Translations under genes and position numbers: made by a program
Notes under the pieces: model-generated
What the model was told of the DNA's origin: nothing
What the model saw: the letters and a program-made list of their open reading frames with translations, nothing else
Database searches by the model: none
Part shown: positions 28,546 to 36,607 of the stretch, in pieces
Layout: each line of letters starts with the position of its first letter
Position numbering within the stretch: the first letter of the stretch is position 1
Source of the DNA: a virus
Taxonomy: Duplodnaviria > Caudoviricetes
Virus record (IMG/VR): IMGVR_UViG_3300044475_000179
Span: 1 to 42,955 of that record
Length of the DNA: 42,955 bases
Strand: one strand, 5' to 3'

Positions 28546-29013
28546 ATGATTTTTTCGGCACTGATTTCTTTCCTGGGCGGCACGGCCTTCCGTATGATTT
28601 GGGGCGAGCTGTCGTCGTGGCTGACCGCGCGGCAAGAGCATGGCAACGAGATCGAGCGGATGCGTCTGCAGGGCGAGCTCGATGCTGCGGCGCATGCGCG
28701 TAATCTCGAAGCGCTCCGACTGCAGGCGGATTTGGGCGTTCAGACCATTCGGGTGCAAGGGGAAACGGCCGTAGCTCAGGTCGAGGCTGATGGCTGGCTG
28801 GCGGCGGTGCGCGGCACCACTACAGCTACCGGTGTTTGGTTTGTCGACCTGTGGAACGGTATCATCCGGCCAGCAGTAGCGACCTGGTCGATTGGCATGA
28901 TCAGCGGCCACTACCTGAAGTGGTGGCTGCTGGATGAGAACGGCTGGAATGTTTGCGGCGCGGCGCTGGGCATCTATCTGGCCGACCGCGCGCTGTTCAA
29001 GCGGGGCAAATAA
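28546..29013 (+). CDS. Membrane protein of the lysis cassette (holin-like)
   Basis: GAGGT RBS; hydrophobic N-terminus, coiled coil, IIRP motif and C-terminal hydrophobic segments. Confidence 0.6.
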   Translation: MIFSALISFLGGTAFRMIWGELSSWLTARQEHGNEIERMRLQGELDAAAHARNLEALRLQADLGVQTIRVQGETAVAQVEADGWLAAVRGTTTATGVWFVDLWNGIIRPAVATWSIGMISGHYLKWWLLDENGWNVCGAALGIYLADRALFKRGK

Positions 29014-29574
29014 GTGGCGGCCGCTGATCTTCTCGCGCGCGCCAGGGCATGGATGGCCGGGGCCAGCGCCGCGCCGGCGCCGCTGGCAAGCGCGGCCGCG
29101 CCGACTGTTGCCGAATCTCCAGTCAGCGATGAGGAGATGGCCATCCAGATTGCGATGGAGCTTTGTCGCCGGTTCGAAGGCTTCTTCTCCCACCCGTACC
29201 TGTGTCCGGCCGGGGTGCCGTCAATCGGGTTTGGCACCACTCATTATGCCGATGGCCGGGCAGTAACCCTCAAGGATGGCCCGATCACCCGGATGCAGGG
29301 CGAGCGGCTGCTTGTCCTGCAGATCAAAAACATTTATCTCCCGGCAGTCCGGCGCCTGTGTCCAGGCATCAATAGCGCGAGACGCTTGGCCGCCATCATC
29401 GACTGGTGTTACAACCTGGGCGCGGGCAATCTTCAGGCGTCGACCATGCGACGTCGAATCAACGCCGGCCGCTGGATCGATGTGCCGGCGGAGATCCGCA
29501 AATGGAACCGTGGTGGCGGTCGCGTGCTGCGCGGGTTGGTGCTGCGCCGTGATGCTGAGGCCAATCTGATATAG
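29014..29574 (+). CDS. Endolysin, GH24 lysozyme
   Basis: FEG...YLCPAGVPSIGFGTT catalytic region; YNLG; GLVLRRDAE. Start codon uncertain. Confidence 0.92.
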   Translation: MAAADLLARARAWMAGASAAPAPLASAAAPTVAESPVSDEEMAIQIAMELCRRFEGFFSHPYLCPAGVPSIGFGTTHYADGRAVTLKDGPITRMQGERLLVLQIKNIYLPAVRRLCPGINSARRLAAIIDWCYNLGAGNLQASTMRRRINAGRWIDVPAEIRKWNRGGGRVLRGLVLRRDAEANLI

Positions 29575-29602
29575 AGGCTTAGCGAACGGTACTGGGCGAG
29601 TT

Positions 29603-29893
29603 TTAGAGGGCGGCGGCCAGTCGTGATCGGATATCTGAAAGAGCCACTGCGAAATGGGTGCCCCCAAGATTCTGAAAGATGACGCTGCCGGCACCGGCCG
29701 CAGCAATTCGTATCAAATCCTTGTCAGACAGCGCTTCGGACACGATAAATGTGAGTTGCGCATTGCCCGCCTGGCCAGCAGCTGCGATTCTGATCAAATC
29801 TTCCACAGGCGTCCCGGTTGCACTCAGAGAAAACCCTCCACCCGCAGCAGCGAGTTTGATCAGAGTATCAAGGGGAAGTTCGCGAGCTGCCAT
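29603..29893 (-). CDS. Hypothetical protein with three internal repeats
   Basis: LIKLAAAG, LIRIAAAG, LIRIAAAG; GAGG RBS; antisense to the late operon. Confidence 0.65.
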   Translation of the reverse strand: MAARELPLDTLIKLAAAGGGFSLSATGTPVEDLIRIAAAGQAGNAQLTFIVSEALSDKDLIRIAAAGAGSVIFQNLGGTHFAVALSDIRSRLAAAL

Positions 29894-30005
29894 GGGAAAC
29901 CCTCAAATTTTAGCATAACTTTAAGCGTAGAATTTATTCTACTACGACCCGCTTTATAAGGGAACTGCACTGCTATCTAATAGCGGGAATGCACCTGAAC
30001 GATTA

Positions 30006-30025
30006 TACTGTATTTATGTACAGTA
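30006..30025. promoter_or_regulatory. LexA (SOS) box
   Basis: TACTGTATTTATGTACAGTA matches CTGT-N8-ACAG; overlaps TATACT (-10) and the ATG at 30016. Confidence 0.85.
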
Positions 30026-30351
30026 TAATCGTTCAGGTGTATCGTTTTGGAGTCAAGCGCGACGAGCGCGACCTGGCCAATGATCGGGGCCATGCCGGCA
30101 GATTACAGATGATGTATATGGATGGCCATTTGGTGCTCACGTTCGCCGGCGTTGATGACTACCGTGGGGACAATCATGTGTTGCCGAAGTTGTTCGAGCC
30201 CAAATGCATCGGCTGGACGGGGGACATGATGCTCTGGCGGGGAGTGCAGCGGCAGCGAATGAAAAACCCAAGTAAGCCGGCGCCCGCATTCCTGCAGGAG
30301 TGGCGGGTCAGGTTGGTCGATCGTAAAGATATCGAAAAATACCTAGCGTAG
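30016..30351 (+). CDS. SOS-regulated hypothetical protein
   Basis: ORF MYSIIVQ... begins inside the LexA box; ends FLQEWRVRL...; start uncertain. Confidence 0.7.
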   Translation: MYSIIVQVYRFGVKRDERDLANDRGHAGRLQMMYMDGHLVLTFAGVDDYRGDNHVLPKLFEPKCIGWTGDMMLWRGVQRQRMKNPSKPAPAFLQEWRVRLVDRKDIEKYLA

Positions 30352-30647
30352 CTTTTGGCGTAACTTTTAGATTTGCGCGGTTCGCGCCATAGGTGAACTG
30401 CACTGCTGCATCATTGGTGTGAGTTTGGTTTTTGCTGCTGCCATAATGCCTTGATTTTCTTCCTTATTTTTCTTAAGTGCTTGATTGTTTTGATCTTTGC
30501 CGACTAACTTCATTTTTTCACTTTACTATCTACGTACATCAAAACATATCTGCACTTGGCAAAATGGCGTAACTTTTAGTGCCTTCAACTGGAAAAGTTA
30601 CGCTAGAATTTCGGCTCATACCAATTTTTGAAAAAGTTACGCCGCCT
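30344..30647. other. Putative attP region with integrase arm-type sites
   Basis: AT-rich non-coding gap. TGGCGTAACTTTTAG at 30356 and 30565; inverted AAAAGTTACGC at 30593 and 30632. Adjacent to the integrase gene. Confidence 0.65.
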
Positions 30648-31958
30648 ATGCAGTTCGATGCCAGAGAAGCTAAGCAGCTCGCGCCAGGTGCGCACATTAT
30701 AATGGACGACTACCCTGGACTGCGCCTCAAGGCGACAGTAACAGGAAAAGCCTGGATCTATCGGTACAAAAGTCTTGTTGACGCGAAGATGCGCCAGATC
30801 AAAATCGGCGCCTGGCCAGCGATGTCGTTCCCGGCAGCTGTCGTGAAGTGGGAAGAGCTGAAGTCCCAGCGTGACACGGGGAAAGATCCGGCGTCGGAGA
30901 AGCGCGCCGGCCGCGCCGCAGAGAAGGCGGCGGTCGTGGAGGCCAAGGAAGAAGCGCGCCTTGAAGCGCTCACCGTCGGCAAGGTGTGCGCAGCCTATCA
31001 TTCCGGCTACATCAAAGCGCACCGAAAACCCAAGGGCGTCGCCGAGGTGGCGCAGTTGTTCCGATCGATGCTCGGTGATCTGGAGCACGTCCCGGCCGTC
31101 AATGTGACGCGGTCGGTAGCCTTTGACTTCCTGGAGGGCTTGATGGAGCGGCCTGTACAGGGTGCGCGCGTGCGGCGCGAGCTGGGCGCGGCCTGGGACT
31201 ATGCTCTTGACGCCGGCCGGTTACCAGAGGATACGCCTAACTGGTGGCGACTGGTAATGAAGGGGCGCTTCAAGAGCAAGGGCAAGAAAATTGAAGGCGT
31301 GCACGTCGGCACCAGGAAGCGTGTGTTGAGCGAGAGCGAACTGGCCCAGCTGCTGCCCTGGCTTCCCAATTTTGCCAAGACCATCACCGATGCGCTGACG
31401 ATGTACCTTTGGACGGCGCAACGCGGTGCTGAGATCGTCAACATGCGTGGCTCGGAAGTCACTGAAGAGAAGGATGGGCTGTGGTGGACGATACCGAAGG
31501 ATAAAACCAAGAACGAGCGCTTCGAGGAGGCATCAGATCAGCGCGTGCCGCTGGTCGGCCGGGCCGAGCAGGTTATCCGCCGGAGGATTGAGTTATTTGG
31601 CGATGGCGACCTGTTCCCTGGGCAGAAGGAACGTACCGGCCGGGCGATCAAACAGAGCACGATCACTACCGCAGTTTGGTATCACCAGCCATACAGCGGC
31701 GCTCATCCGGACCGACCGCGCCCACGCTTGCCCGTGACGCATTGGTCGCCGCATGACTTGCGCCGCACGTCTCGCACGCTGCTCGCGTCGATCGGCTGCC
31801 CGGAGGAGATTGCCGAGGCAATTCTTGGCCACATGAAAGGCGGCGTGGTGGGCGTGTATAACCTGCACGGCTACGACAAAGAGCGTCGTCTGTGGATCAC
31901 GCGCCTGGCCAGTCGGCTTGAAGCGATTGCTGCAGGCGGTGGCCTCCCGATCAGTTAG
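30648..31958 (+). CDS. int: Tyrosine integrase with N-terminal arm-binding domain
   Basis: Catalytic motifs TAQRGAE, TKN, HDLRRT, LGH and VYN; N-terminal GLRL...WIYRY...IKIG. Confidence 0.95.
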   Translation: MQFDAREAKQLAPGAHIIMDDYPGLRLKATVTGKAWIYRYKSLVDAKMRQIKIGAWPAMSFPAAVVKWEELKSQRDTGKDPASEKRAGRAAEKAAVVEAKEEARLEALTVGKVCAAYHSGYIKAHRKPKGVAEVAQLFRSMLGDLEHVPAVNVTRSVAFDFLEGLMERPVQGARVRRELGAAWDYALDAGRLPEDTPNWWRLVMKGRFKSKGKKIEGVHVGTRKRVLSESELAQLLPWLPNFAKTITDALTMYLWTAQRGAEIVNMRGSEVTEEKDGLWWTIPKDKTKNERFEEASDQRVPLVGRAEQVIRRRIELFGDGDLFPGQKERTGRAIKQSTITTAVWYHQPYSGAHPDRPRPRLPVTHWSPHDLRRTSRTLLASIGCPEEIAEAILGHMKGGVVGVYNLHGYDKERRLWITRLASRLEAIAAGGGLPIS

Positions 31959-32190
31959 CATCGGTCTTCCTGCGCGAGGTATTCTCCGGCGGCAGCAAGT
32001 CGGAAACCGGGCGTTGTTCCGCCCATTCCTCCACCTCGCGAACGAGCCATCCCACGCGCCGCCCCGATAGCTGGCGAGGCTTGGGGAATGCTTCGTCGCG
32101 CACCAGTTTTTGAATAGTAGCTGCCGCCAGCGTGGTTGCCGCAGCTACCTCTGTCAGATCCAGATAGATCGGTTTCATATTGGCGCTCAT
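31951..32190 (-). CDS. AlpA-family excisionase/regulator
   Basis: FPKPRQLSGRRVGWLVREVEEW motif; convergent with int. Confidence 0.9.
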   Translation of the reverse strand: MSANMKPIYLDLTEVAAATTLAAATIQKLVRDEAFPKPRQLSGRRVGWLVREVEEWAEQRPVSDLLPPENTSRRKTDAN

Positions 32191-32191
32191 T

Positions 32192-32692
32192 TCAATTCTT
32201 GTCCAGGGTAGCGTTTGCAGTGTCTATTGCACGGTCCAACTCAGCGCCGTACATTGCCTGGTCGAATTTGCCTTCAACTACAGCGCCCGTGCCTTCCAGT
32301 GCCTCCCACACGTCGAGCGGCAACATGCCAGGCGTGTTGCGCAGATAGGCGTAGCGACGCGCAGCTGCAGCGTCTATCTGTAGCGCCGCGACCTTGGCGC
32401 GCTCCTCGGCCAGCATTGCTGCGAGCGTCTCACTGTCCTTGATCTCGCGCTCCAAGCGCTGAAGCGGCGATTCGCCTTCCTTCAAGTGCTGGGTGAAGGA
32501 CATCGCCAGGCTGGCGTCGGCGCCGGCCACGGCCAGCTTGAAAAACGCCGTGGCGTTGTCGATGGTGCCGGACACTTGGGGGCGCTGGCCTTCCTCGAGA
32601 GCCATCTGGCGGACGAAGAAGCCGCAGGTCCGCAGGGTGCTGGTCAGCATGTCGTCGGCGCTTGTGCGGCCAGCTTCGATTTGTTCACTCAT
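32192..32692 (-). CDS. Hypothetical protein
   Basis: GGAG RBS; DAAAARRYAYLR and ELDRAID motifs common in phage early genes. Confidence 0.75.
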   Translation of the reverse strand: MSEQIEAGRTSADDMLTSTLRTCGFFVRQMALEEGQRPQVSGTIDNATAFFKLAVAGADASLAMSFTQHLKEGESPLQRLEREIKDSETLAAMLAEERAKVAALQIDAAAARRYAYLRNTPGMLPLDVWEALEGTGAVVEGKFDQAMYGAELDRAIDTANATLDKN

Positions 32693-32903
32693 GAGATTGC
32701 TCCAGTATGGTTATTTCACAAGGCCGCACCGGGTCGGCGCTGCCCTTCAGATAAACGGTCATTTCTTCGTCGCCGTCGTGCCAGCAGAAGCCTGCGATGT
32801 GTTTCTTGACGCCTTGGTGCAGGATAGGGCGCGCCAGCTGCTTGGCGCGGTGGATGCGCATGTCGTGCTTGTCGGCGCCGTCGCGCCAGTGCGGAGCGCT
32901 CAT
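32685..32903 (-). CDS. Hypothetical protein
   Basis: Translationally coupled within the early operon. Confidence 0.65.
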   Translation of the reverse strand: MSAPHWRDGADKHDMRIHRAKQLARPILHQGVKKHIAGFCWHDGDEEMTVYLKGSADPVRPCEITILEQSHE

Positions 32904-33001
32904 GGCCACCAGCTCCAGAGCATCAAAACCACGAACAGCGCGTAGCCAAACAGCTCGGCGCCGGTCGGCGGTTCGAATTGCTTTTGCTTATCCTTGCGCA
33001 T
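32900..33001 (-). CDS. 33-aa single-TM peptide (not in the ORF track)
   Basis: Hand translation: MRKDKQKQFEPPTGAELFGYALFVVLMLWSWWP*; fills the operon gap; ATGA overlap with the next gene. Confidence 0.6.
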   Translation of the reverse strand: MRKDKQKQFEPPTGAELFGYALFVVLMLWSWWP

Positions 33002-33794
33002 TTGCTTGACCTGCCGCATTGACGTGGGCAGCGAGGAACTGCACCTCATCCTTTTTGAGGATGCAGATGGTCTTCGCATCGCGCTGCAGTTCGATTACGC
33101 CGTCCGACCAGATCGCGCAGCGCAGGCTCGTGTCCACGGTCGCCGGCGTAGGTACGGGCGCGATAGGAGTTCCTGCAGGTACTGGAGTGGGCGGCGCCAC
33201 TTCGGACTTCGTCGGCCCTGAGCGAGGCTGCTTGGCTGGCGGCTGGCCGGTGCCGATGATCCAGTCTTCGCCATCGCGTGCGATACGGCCGTCGTGGACG
33301 GCGGGACGCAGCACGGTGGACGGATACTCGATGCTCCTCATATCCAGCAGCGTGCGCAACTGGTCGTTGGTCACCTTGCCGTTGGTCTTGATGAAGCTAA
33401 TCGCTCGGTCGAGTCGGCTGACCGCGCCACGCCGGCCTTGCTCAGCCTGACCGGGCTTCGACAGTTGATCGATCAGCGCGGTTGGCAGCGGCGCGGTGGC
33501 GCTGGGCTTCTTCTCTGGCGCCGGCTGCGCTGCTGGTGCGGCTGGCGCTGATGCCAGGCGCTGCAGGATTGCCTTGCCATCGTTCGTTTTCTTGAATTCA
33601 GGGCTGAGGTTGTAGACCTGCGCGGCCTGGCCGTTCGGCGCGGTGCCCTGCGTACGCACCAGATCGCCGACGTCGACCAGCGAGCGGAGCGCATTGCTGG
33701 CGTCGATCAGCTCGACGTCGAACTTGTCCGCCACCTGGACGGCGCGTGCGTCCGGGGTTGCGGCGATGTATTCCATGATTTTTAAATCGTTCAC
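32988..33794 (-). CDS. Winged-HTH-containing hypothetical protein
   Basis: AVQVADKFDV...ASNALRSLVDVGDLVR; GAGGT RBS; ATGA-type overlap with the RT stop. Confidence 0.75.
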   Translation of the reverse strand: MNDLKIMEYIAATPDARAVQVADKFDVELIDASNALRSLVDVGDLVRTQGTAPNGQAAQVYNLSPEFKKTNDGKAILQRLASAPAAPAAQPAPEKKPSATAPLPTALIDQLSKPGQAEQGRRGAVSRLDRAISFIKTNGKVTNDQLRTLLDMRSIEYPSTVLRPAVHDGRIARDGEDWIIGTGQPPAKQPRSGPTKSEVAPPTPVPAGTPIAPVPTPATVDTSLRCAIWSDGVIELQRDAKTICILKKDEVQFLAAHVNAAGQANAQG

Positions 33795-35185
33795 GATACC
33801 TCCAGAGTGGTGCGAGATTTGCGGAATGCTTTAGTCAGTTGCTGGTTTACGCTGTGGCCGCGTGCCATGACGGCGTGAGCGAGGGCGACTCGCTGGTTGT
33901 GGCCGTGGCTGGCCTGGCGCAGCAGGCCGAAGTAACTGTTAGCGGTGGTATGCACGTCGCCGGCCTGCACGCTGGCAATGCGCGCCGCAGCTTCGTTAGC
34001 CGTGCGCCGTCGGGTCGTGCTGCGCCATGGGCGAATAACTTGGCCAACGAAGTCGATTCCACGATCCACCGGCTGCAAGATGGTCTTACTGGGATTGAGC
34101 ATGACGCCCAGCTGGACCGGCAGGAACGCGGCAATCTCGGCGCCGGCAGCGTTCAGCCATTGCGGCGACTCGTGCAACAGCACGAAGTCGTCCACGTAGC
34201 GGATATAGTGGCGCGCGCCGATACGGTGCTTGACGAACTGGTCCAGACGGTCGAGCAGTACATTGGCGAAGAACTGAGAACTGAGGTTGCCTATCGGCAG
34301 GGCGCGTTCCGTAGGCTGGTTGGCCAGTTGCTTGTGACCCGGCACGCGTGCCAGCAACTGTACCGCGCCGCGATATTCAAAGTCAGCGCGTGGATCGTGG
34401 AAGAGGATGGTTTCGGTCAGGTGTAACCACCACGGCTCGGTCACCTTGGCGGCGATGATGTCGCGCAGGATGCGCTTGTCGATGCTGACGAAAAAATTCG
34501 CCAGATCGCATTTCAGGTACCAGGCCGGGCGCGACCAGTTCTGCGTGGCGCTGCGCACTTTCGCCTCCAGGCGCTTGGCCGCGTACATCGTGCCGCGTCC
34601 CGGGATACATGCGCAGCTGTCGGCGATGAACGAGGCGTGGAAGCGCGGAGCGATGTGGTTGTACACCAGGTGGTGCACGACCCGATCGCGGAATTCAGCG
34701 GCCCAGACTTCACGTGCTTTCGGGCGGGTGACCACGAAGCAGATCGACCTGCCGGGCGTGTATGTGCCGGCTAGCAGCTGGGCGTGCAGGTCGGCGAGGT
34801 TGCGCTCCAGATCGACCTCAAAGTCGAGCGCGCTGGGAGTGTTGCGTTTGTGCTTGCGGCAATCGAAATACGCCTGCGCCAGCTTCTCGAAAGTGAAGCT
34901 GGTCGGCGCCGAAATTTGATCTGCGGAACACGCGCACGCGGCCGGCGTAGGACTTGTGATTGTTGTTCTGATTGCCATCGTTGAAGTTCTGGTTCCAGGC
35001 ATAGTTGGAGTTGGTCCGGTGCTGCGTTCGTTCGTGCTATCTACGTCACCTCGCCGAAGGCCGTGGCCGATCAGTGAGGAAACTGCGCCAGACCAGTCCC
35101 GGACGAGGCCGGCGGTATCTGCGGTGCGCATGGCGGTGCCCGGTTTGGGCAGCGGCACGACCAGATTAAAAAGTCGCTCAGGCAT
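33791..35185 (-). CDS. DGR reverse transcriptase (start uncertain; conserved part begins near 34900)
   Basis: LKCDLANFFVSID, LPIGNLSSQFFAN (DGR-type SQ motif), YIRYVDDF and GIDFVG; adjacent to TR and avd. Confidence 0.97.
   Translation of the reverse strand: MPERLFNLVVPLPKPGTAMRTADTAGLVRDWSGAVSSLIGHGLRRGDVDSTNERSTGPTPTMPGTRTSTMAIRTTITSPTPAACACSADQISAPTSFTFEKLAQAYFDCRKHKRNTPSALDFEVDLERNLADLHAQLLAGTYTPGRSICFVVTRPKAREVWAAEFRDRVVHHLVYNHIAPRFHASFIADSCACIPGRGTMYAAKRLEAKVRSATQNWSRPAWYLKCDLANFFVSIDKRILRDIIAAKVTEPWWLHLTETILFHDPRADFEYRGAVQLLARVPGHKQLANQPTERALPIGNLSSQFFANVLLDRLDQFVKHRIGARHYIRYVDDFVLLHESPQWLNAAGAEIAAFLPVQLGVMLNPSKTILQPVDRGIDFVGQVIRPWRSTTRRRTANEAAARIASVQAGDVHTTANSYFGLLRQASHGHNQRVALAHAVMARGHSVNQQLTKAFRKSRTTLEVS
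34919..35027 (-). repeat. DGR template repeat (TR), 109 bp
   Basis: In the VR frame it reads TQHRTNSNYAWNQNFNDGNQNNNHKSYAGRVRVFRR; 32 adenines, 9 AAY codons. Confidence 0.97.
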
Positions 35186-35555
35186 GGCGGCCTTGACCGG
35201 CATGCGGCGGGCGAGCGGCGGCGTGTTTCTTCCATCCAGTGGCCTGCTTCCCGACCTCGGTGGTCACTTCGACTGCAGCGGCATACTGCTTGGTCGAAAT
35301 GAACCGTTTGTCGCGCGCCAGACGAATCAACAGCTCGGCCACCTGGAGGTGTTCAAGCAGATTTTCGATGTGCTCGACCTTGTCGCGGGCCGCGTTGGCG
35401 CGCCCGATCAACACGAGGATTTCAATGCATTCATCGTGGATTTTGCGACCGAACGAGCCCTTGAAATCGCGAGGCATGTTCTTGACCAGGTCGGCGGCGA
35501 GGCCGAGCAGGCTGTACGCCGACTGGTAGATCGAGAGGCTGGTGTGGATGGCCAT
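35178..35555 (-). CDS. avd: DGR accessory variability determinant (four-helix bundle)
   Basis: 125 aa; MPRDFKGSFGRKI, LIRLARDKRFIS and VGKQATGW motifs; lies between target and TR. Confidence 0.92.
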   Translation of the reverse strand: MAIHTSLSIYQSAYSLLGLAADLVKNMPRDFKGSFGRKIHDECIEILVLIGRANAARDKVEHIENLLEHLQVAELLIRLARDKRFISTKQYAAAVEVTTEVGKQATGWKKHAAARPPHAGQGRHA

Positions 35556-35571
35556 TTAAATTAATAAATCG

Positions 35572-36171
35572 TTAAATAGGCAATCTGCGGAACACGCGCA
35601 CGCGGCCGGCGTAGGACTTGTGAGTGTCGTCCTGACCGCCATCGTCGAAGTACTGGCCCCAGGCATAGTCGGAGTCGGTCCGGTGCTGCGTGCTCGACCA
35701 GTAGAAGCCCGGCACCAGTGCGTCAGGCTCGTCCACCTGCAGTGCCTGCACGGCGGTCTGCGCTGGGTTGTCGTCGCTGTAGCCTTCGCCTGGTGGCACG
35801 CTGTTGGCGTTCTGGCCTTGGCCGCTCCAGTTGTCATCGGTGGTCGGCTTGGTGTTGCGGTAAGCCAGTTCCAGCTCGTCTTTGGCCGGGATGTACCAGT
35901 CCTTGTGGCCATTGATCTCCAGCGCCAGGGCGCGCTCCGCCAGCTTGCTGCCAGCGGCGGCCATCGCGCGGGTGTTGGCCGGGCCGTCGGTGGTGCTCTC
36001 GGCATCGGCTACGCGCTCCAGGCTGTTATTCCAGCGGCCATCCAGCGCACCGGCAGCGCCGGCCATGACGAGCGCGAACTGCTGCTCGCCGTCCTTGATG
36101 ATGCCGACGAAGTAGCCGCCTTCGAACGCGGCGCCGATGGCGGCGGGGATGTTGTTGGTGATCTGGTTCAT
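35572..36171 (-). CDS. DGR target 1, DUF1566/Lcl-type CLec-fold protein
   Basis: IGAAFEGGYF, DWYIPAKDEL and YWSSTQ motifs; C-terminal VR1 ending RVRVFRRLPI. Confidence 0.92.
   Translation of the reverse strand: MNQITNNIPAAIGAAFEGGYFVGIIKDGEQQFALVMAGAAGALDGRWNNSLERVADAESTTDGPANTRAMAAAGSKLAERALALEINGHKDWYIPAKDELELAYRNTKPTTDDNWSGQGQNANSVPPGEGYSDDNPAQTAVQALQVDEPDALVPGFYWSSTQHRTDSDYAWGQYFDDGGQDDTHKSYAGRVRVFRRLPI
35583..35691 (-). repeat. DGR variable repeat VR1
   Basis: 98/109 identical to TR; all 11 mismatches at TR adenines. Confidence 0.97.
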
Positions 36172-36196
36172 GTTGATCTCTCGGTTTGTGCTGCTG

Positions 36197-36598
36197 TTAC
36201 GCGCCGACACTGGCGCAAAATACTTCGACTGATGCGACTGCTTCTGCTATCCGGTTGACCGGGATCGTCGCCATCCGGCCGTCAATCGCTGCGATGGCCT
36301 TGCGAAGGGCGGCGGCCTCGTCATCCTTCAGGTCAACCTTGTTGACGCGGCTGTAGCGCTCCACGACCACGTCCATGACGGCGTTGGCTCGGTCCAGCGC
36401 CTCGCACTTCAACCCCGCCCTGGTCAGCGCCGCCAGCATCTTCGAGACGGTGTTGTAACTCTCGACGCTCGGTGCTGCTGCCAGGGTCTCCACGGCCAGC
36501 CGGATCTCCAACGCCAGCCGCCGGTGTGCAGGCGCGGTCATTGGCCGGTTGATCTCGCGGCGGCGGTATTGCTTGCGGGGCTTCGAAGTGCTTGGCAT
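36197..36598 (-). CDS. Hypothetical protein
   Basis: Basic N-terminus (SKPRKQYRRR); helical; operon context. Confidence 0.7.
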   Translation of the reverse strand: MPSTSKPRKQYRRREINRPMTAPAHRRLALEIRLAVETLAAAPSVESYNTVSKMLAALTRAGLKCEALDRANAVMDVVVERYSRVNKVDLKDDEAAALRKAIAAIDGRMATIPVNRIAEAVASVEVFCASVGA

Positions 36599-36607
36599 GC
36601 TGCGGTC

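Larger units (their letters stand above)
33791..36171 (-). mobile_element. Diversity-generating retroelement cassette (target1/VR1-avd-TR-RT) with a remote second target at 40069-40683
   Basis: All components are present and TR/VR mismatches are adenine-specific. Confidence 0.97.

Noticed and set aside
30409-30419. CATCATTGGTG as a dusA-type att core
   Set aside because: The match is too short, and the integrase looks like the arm-domain/AlpA type. The host attB sequence is needed to decide.
33791-35203. RT as a group II intron, retron or Abi RT
   Set aside because: The SQ motif, avd and adenine-specific TR/VR pairs identify a DGR; there is no maturase or endonuclease domain.
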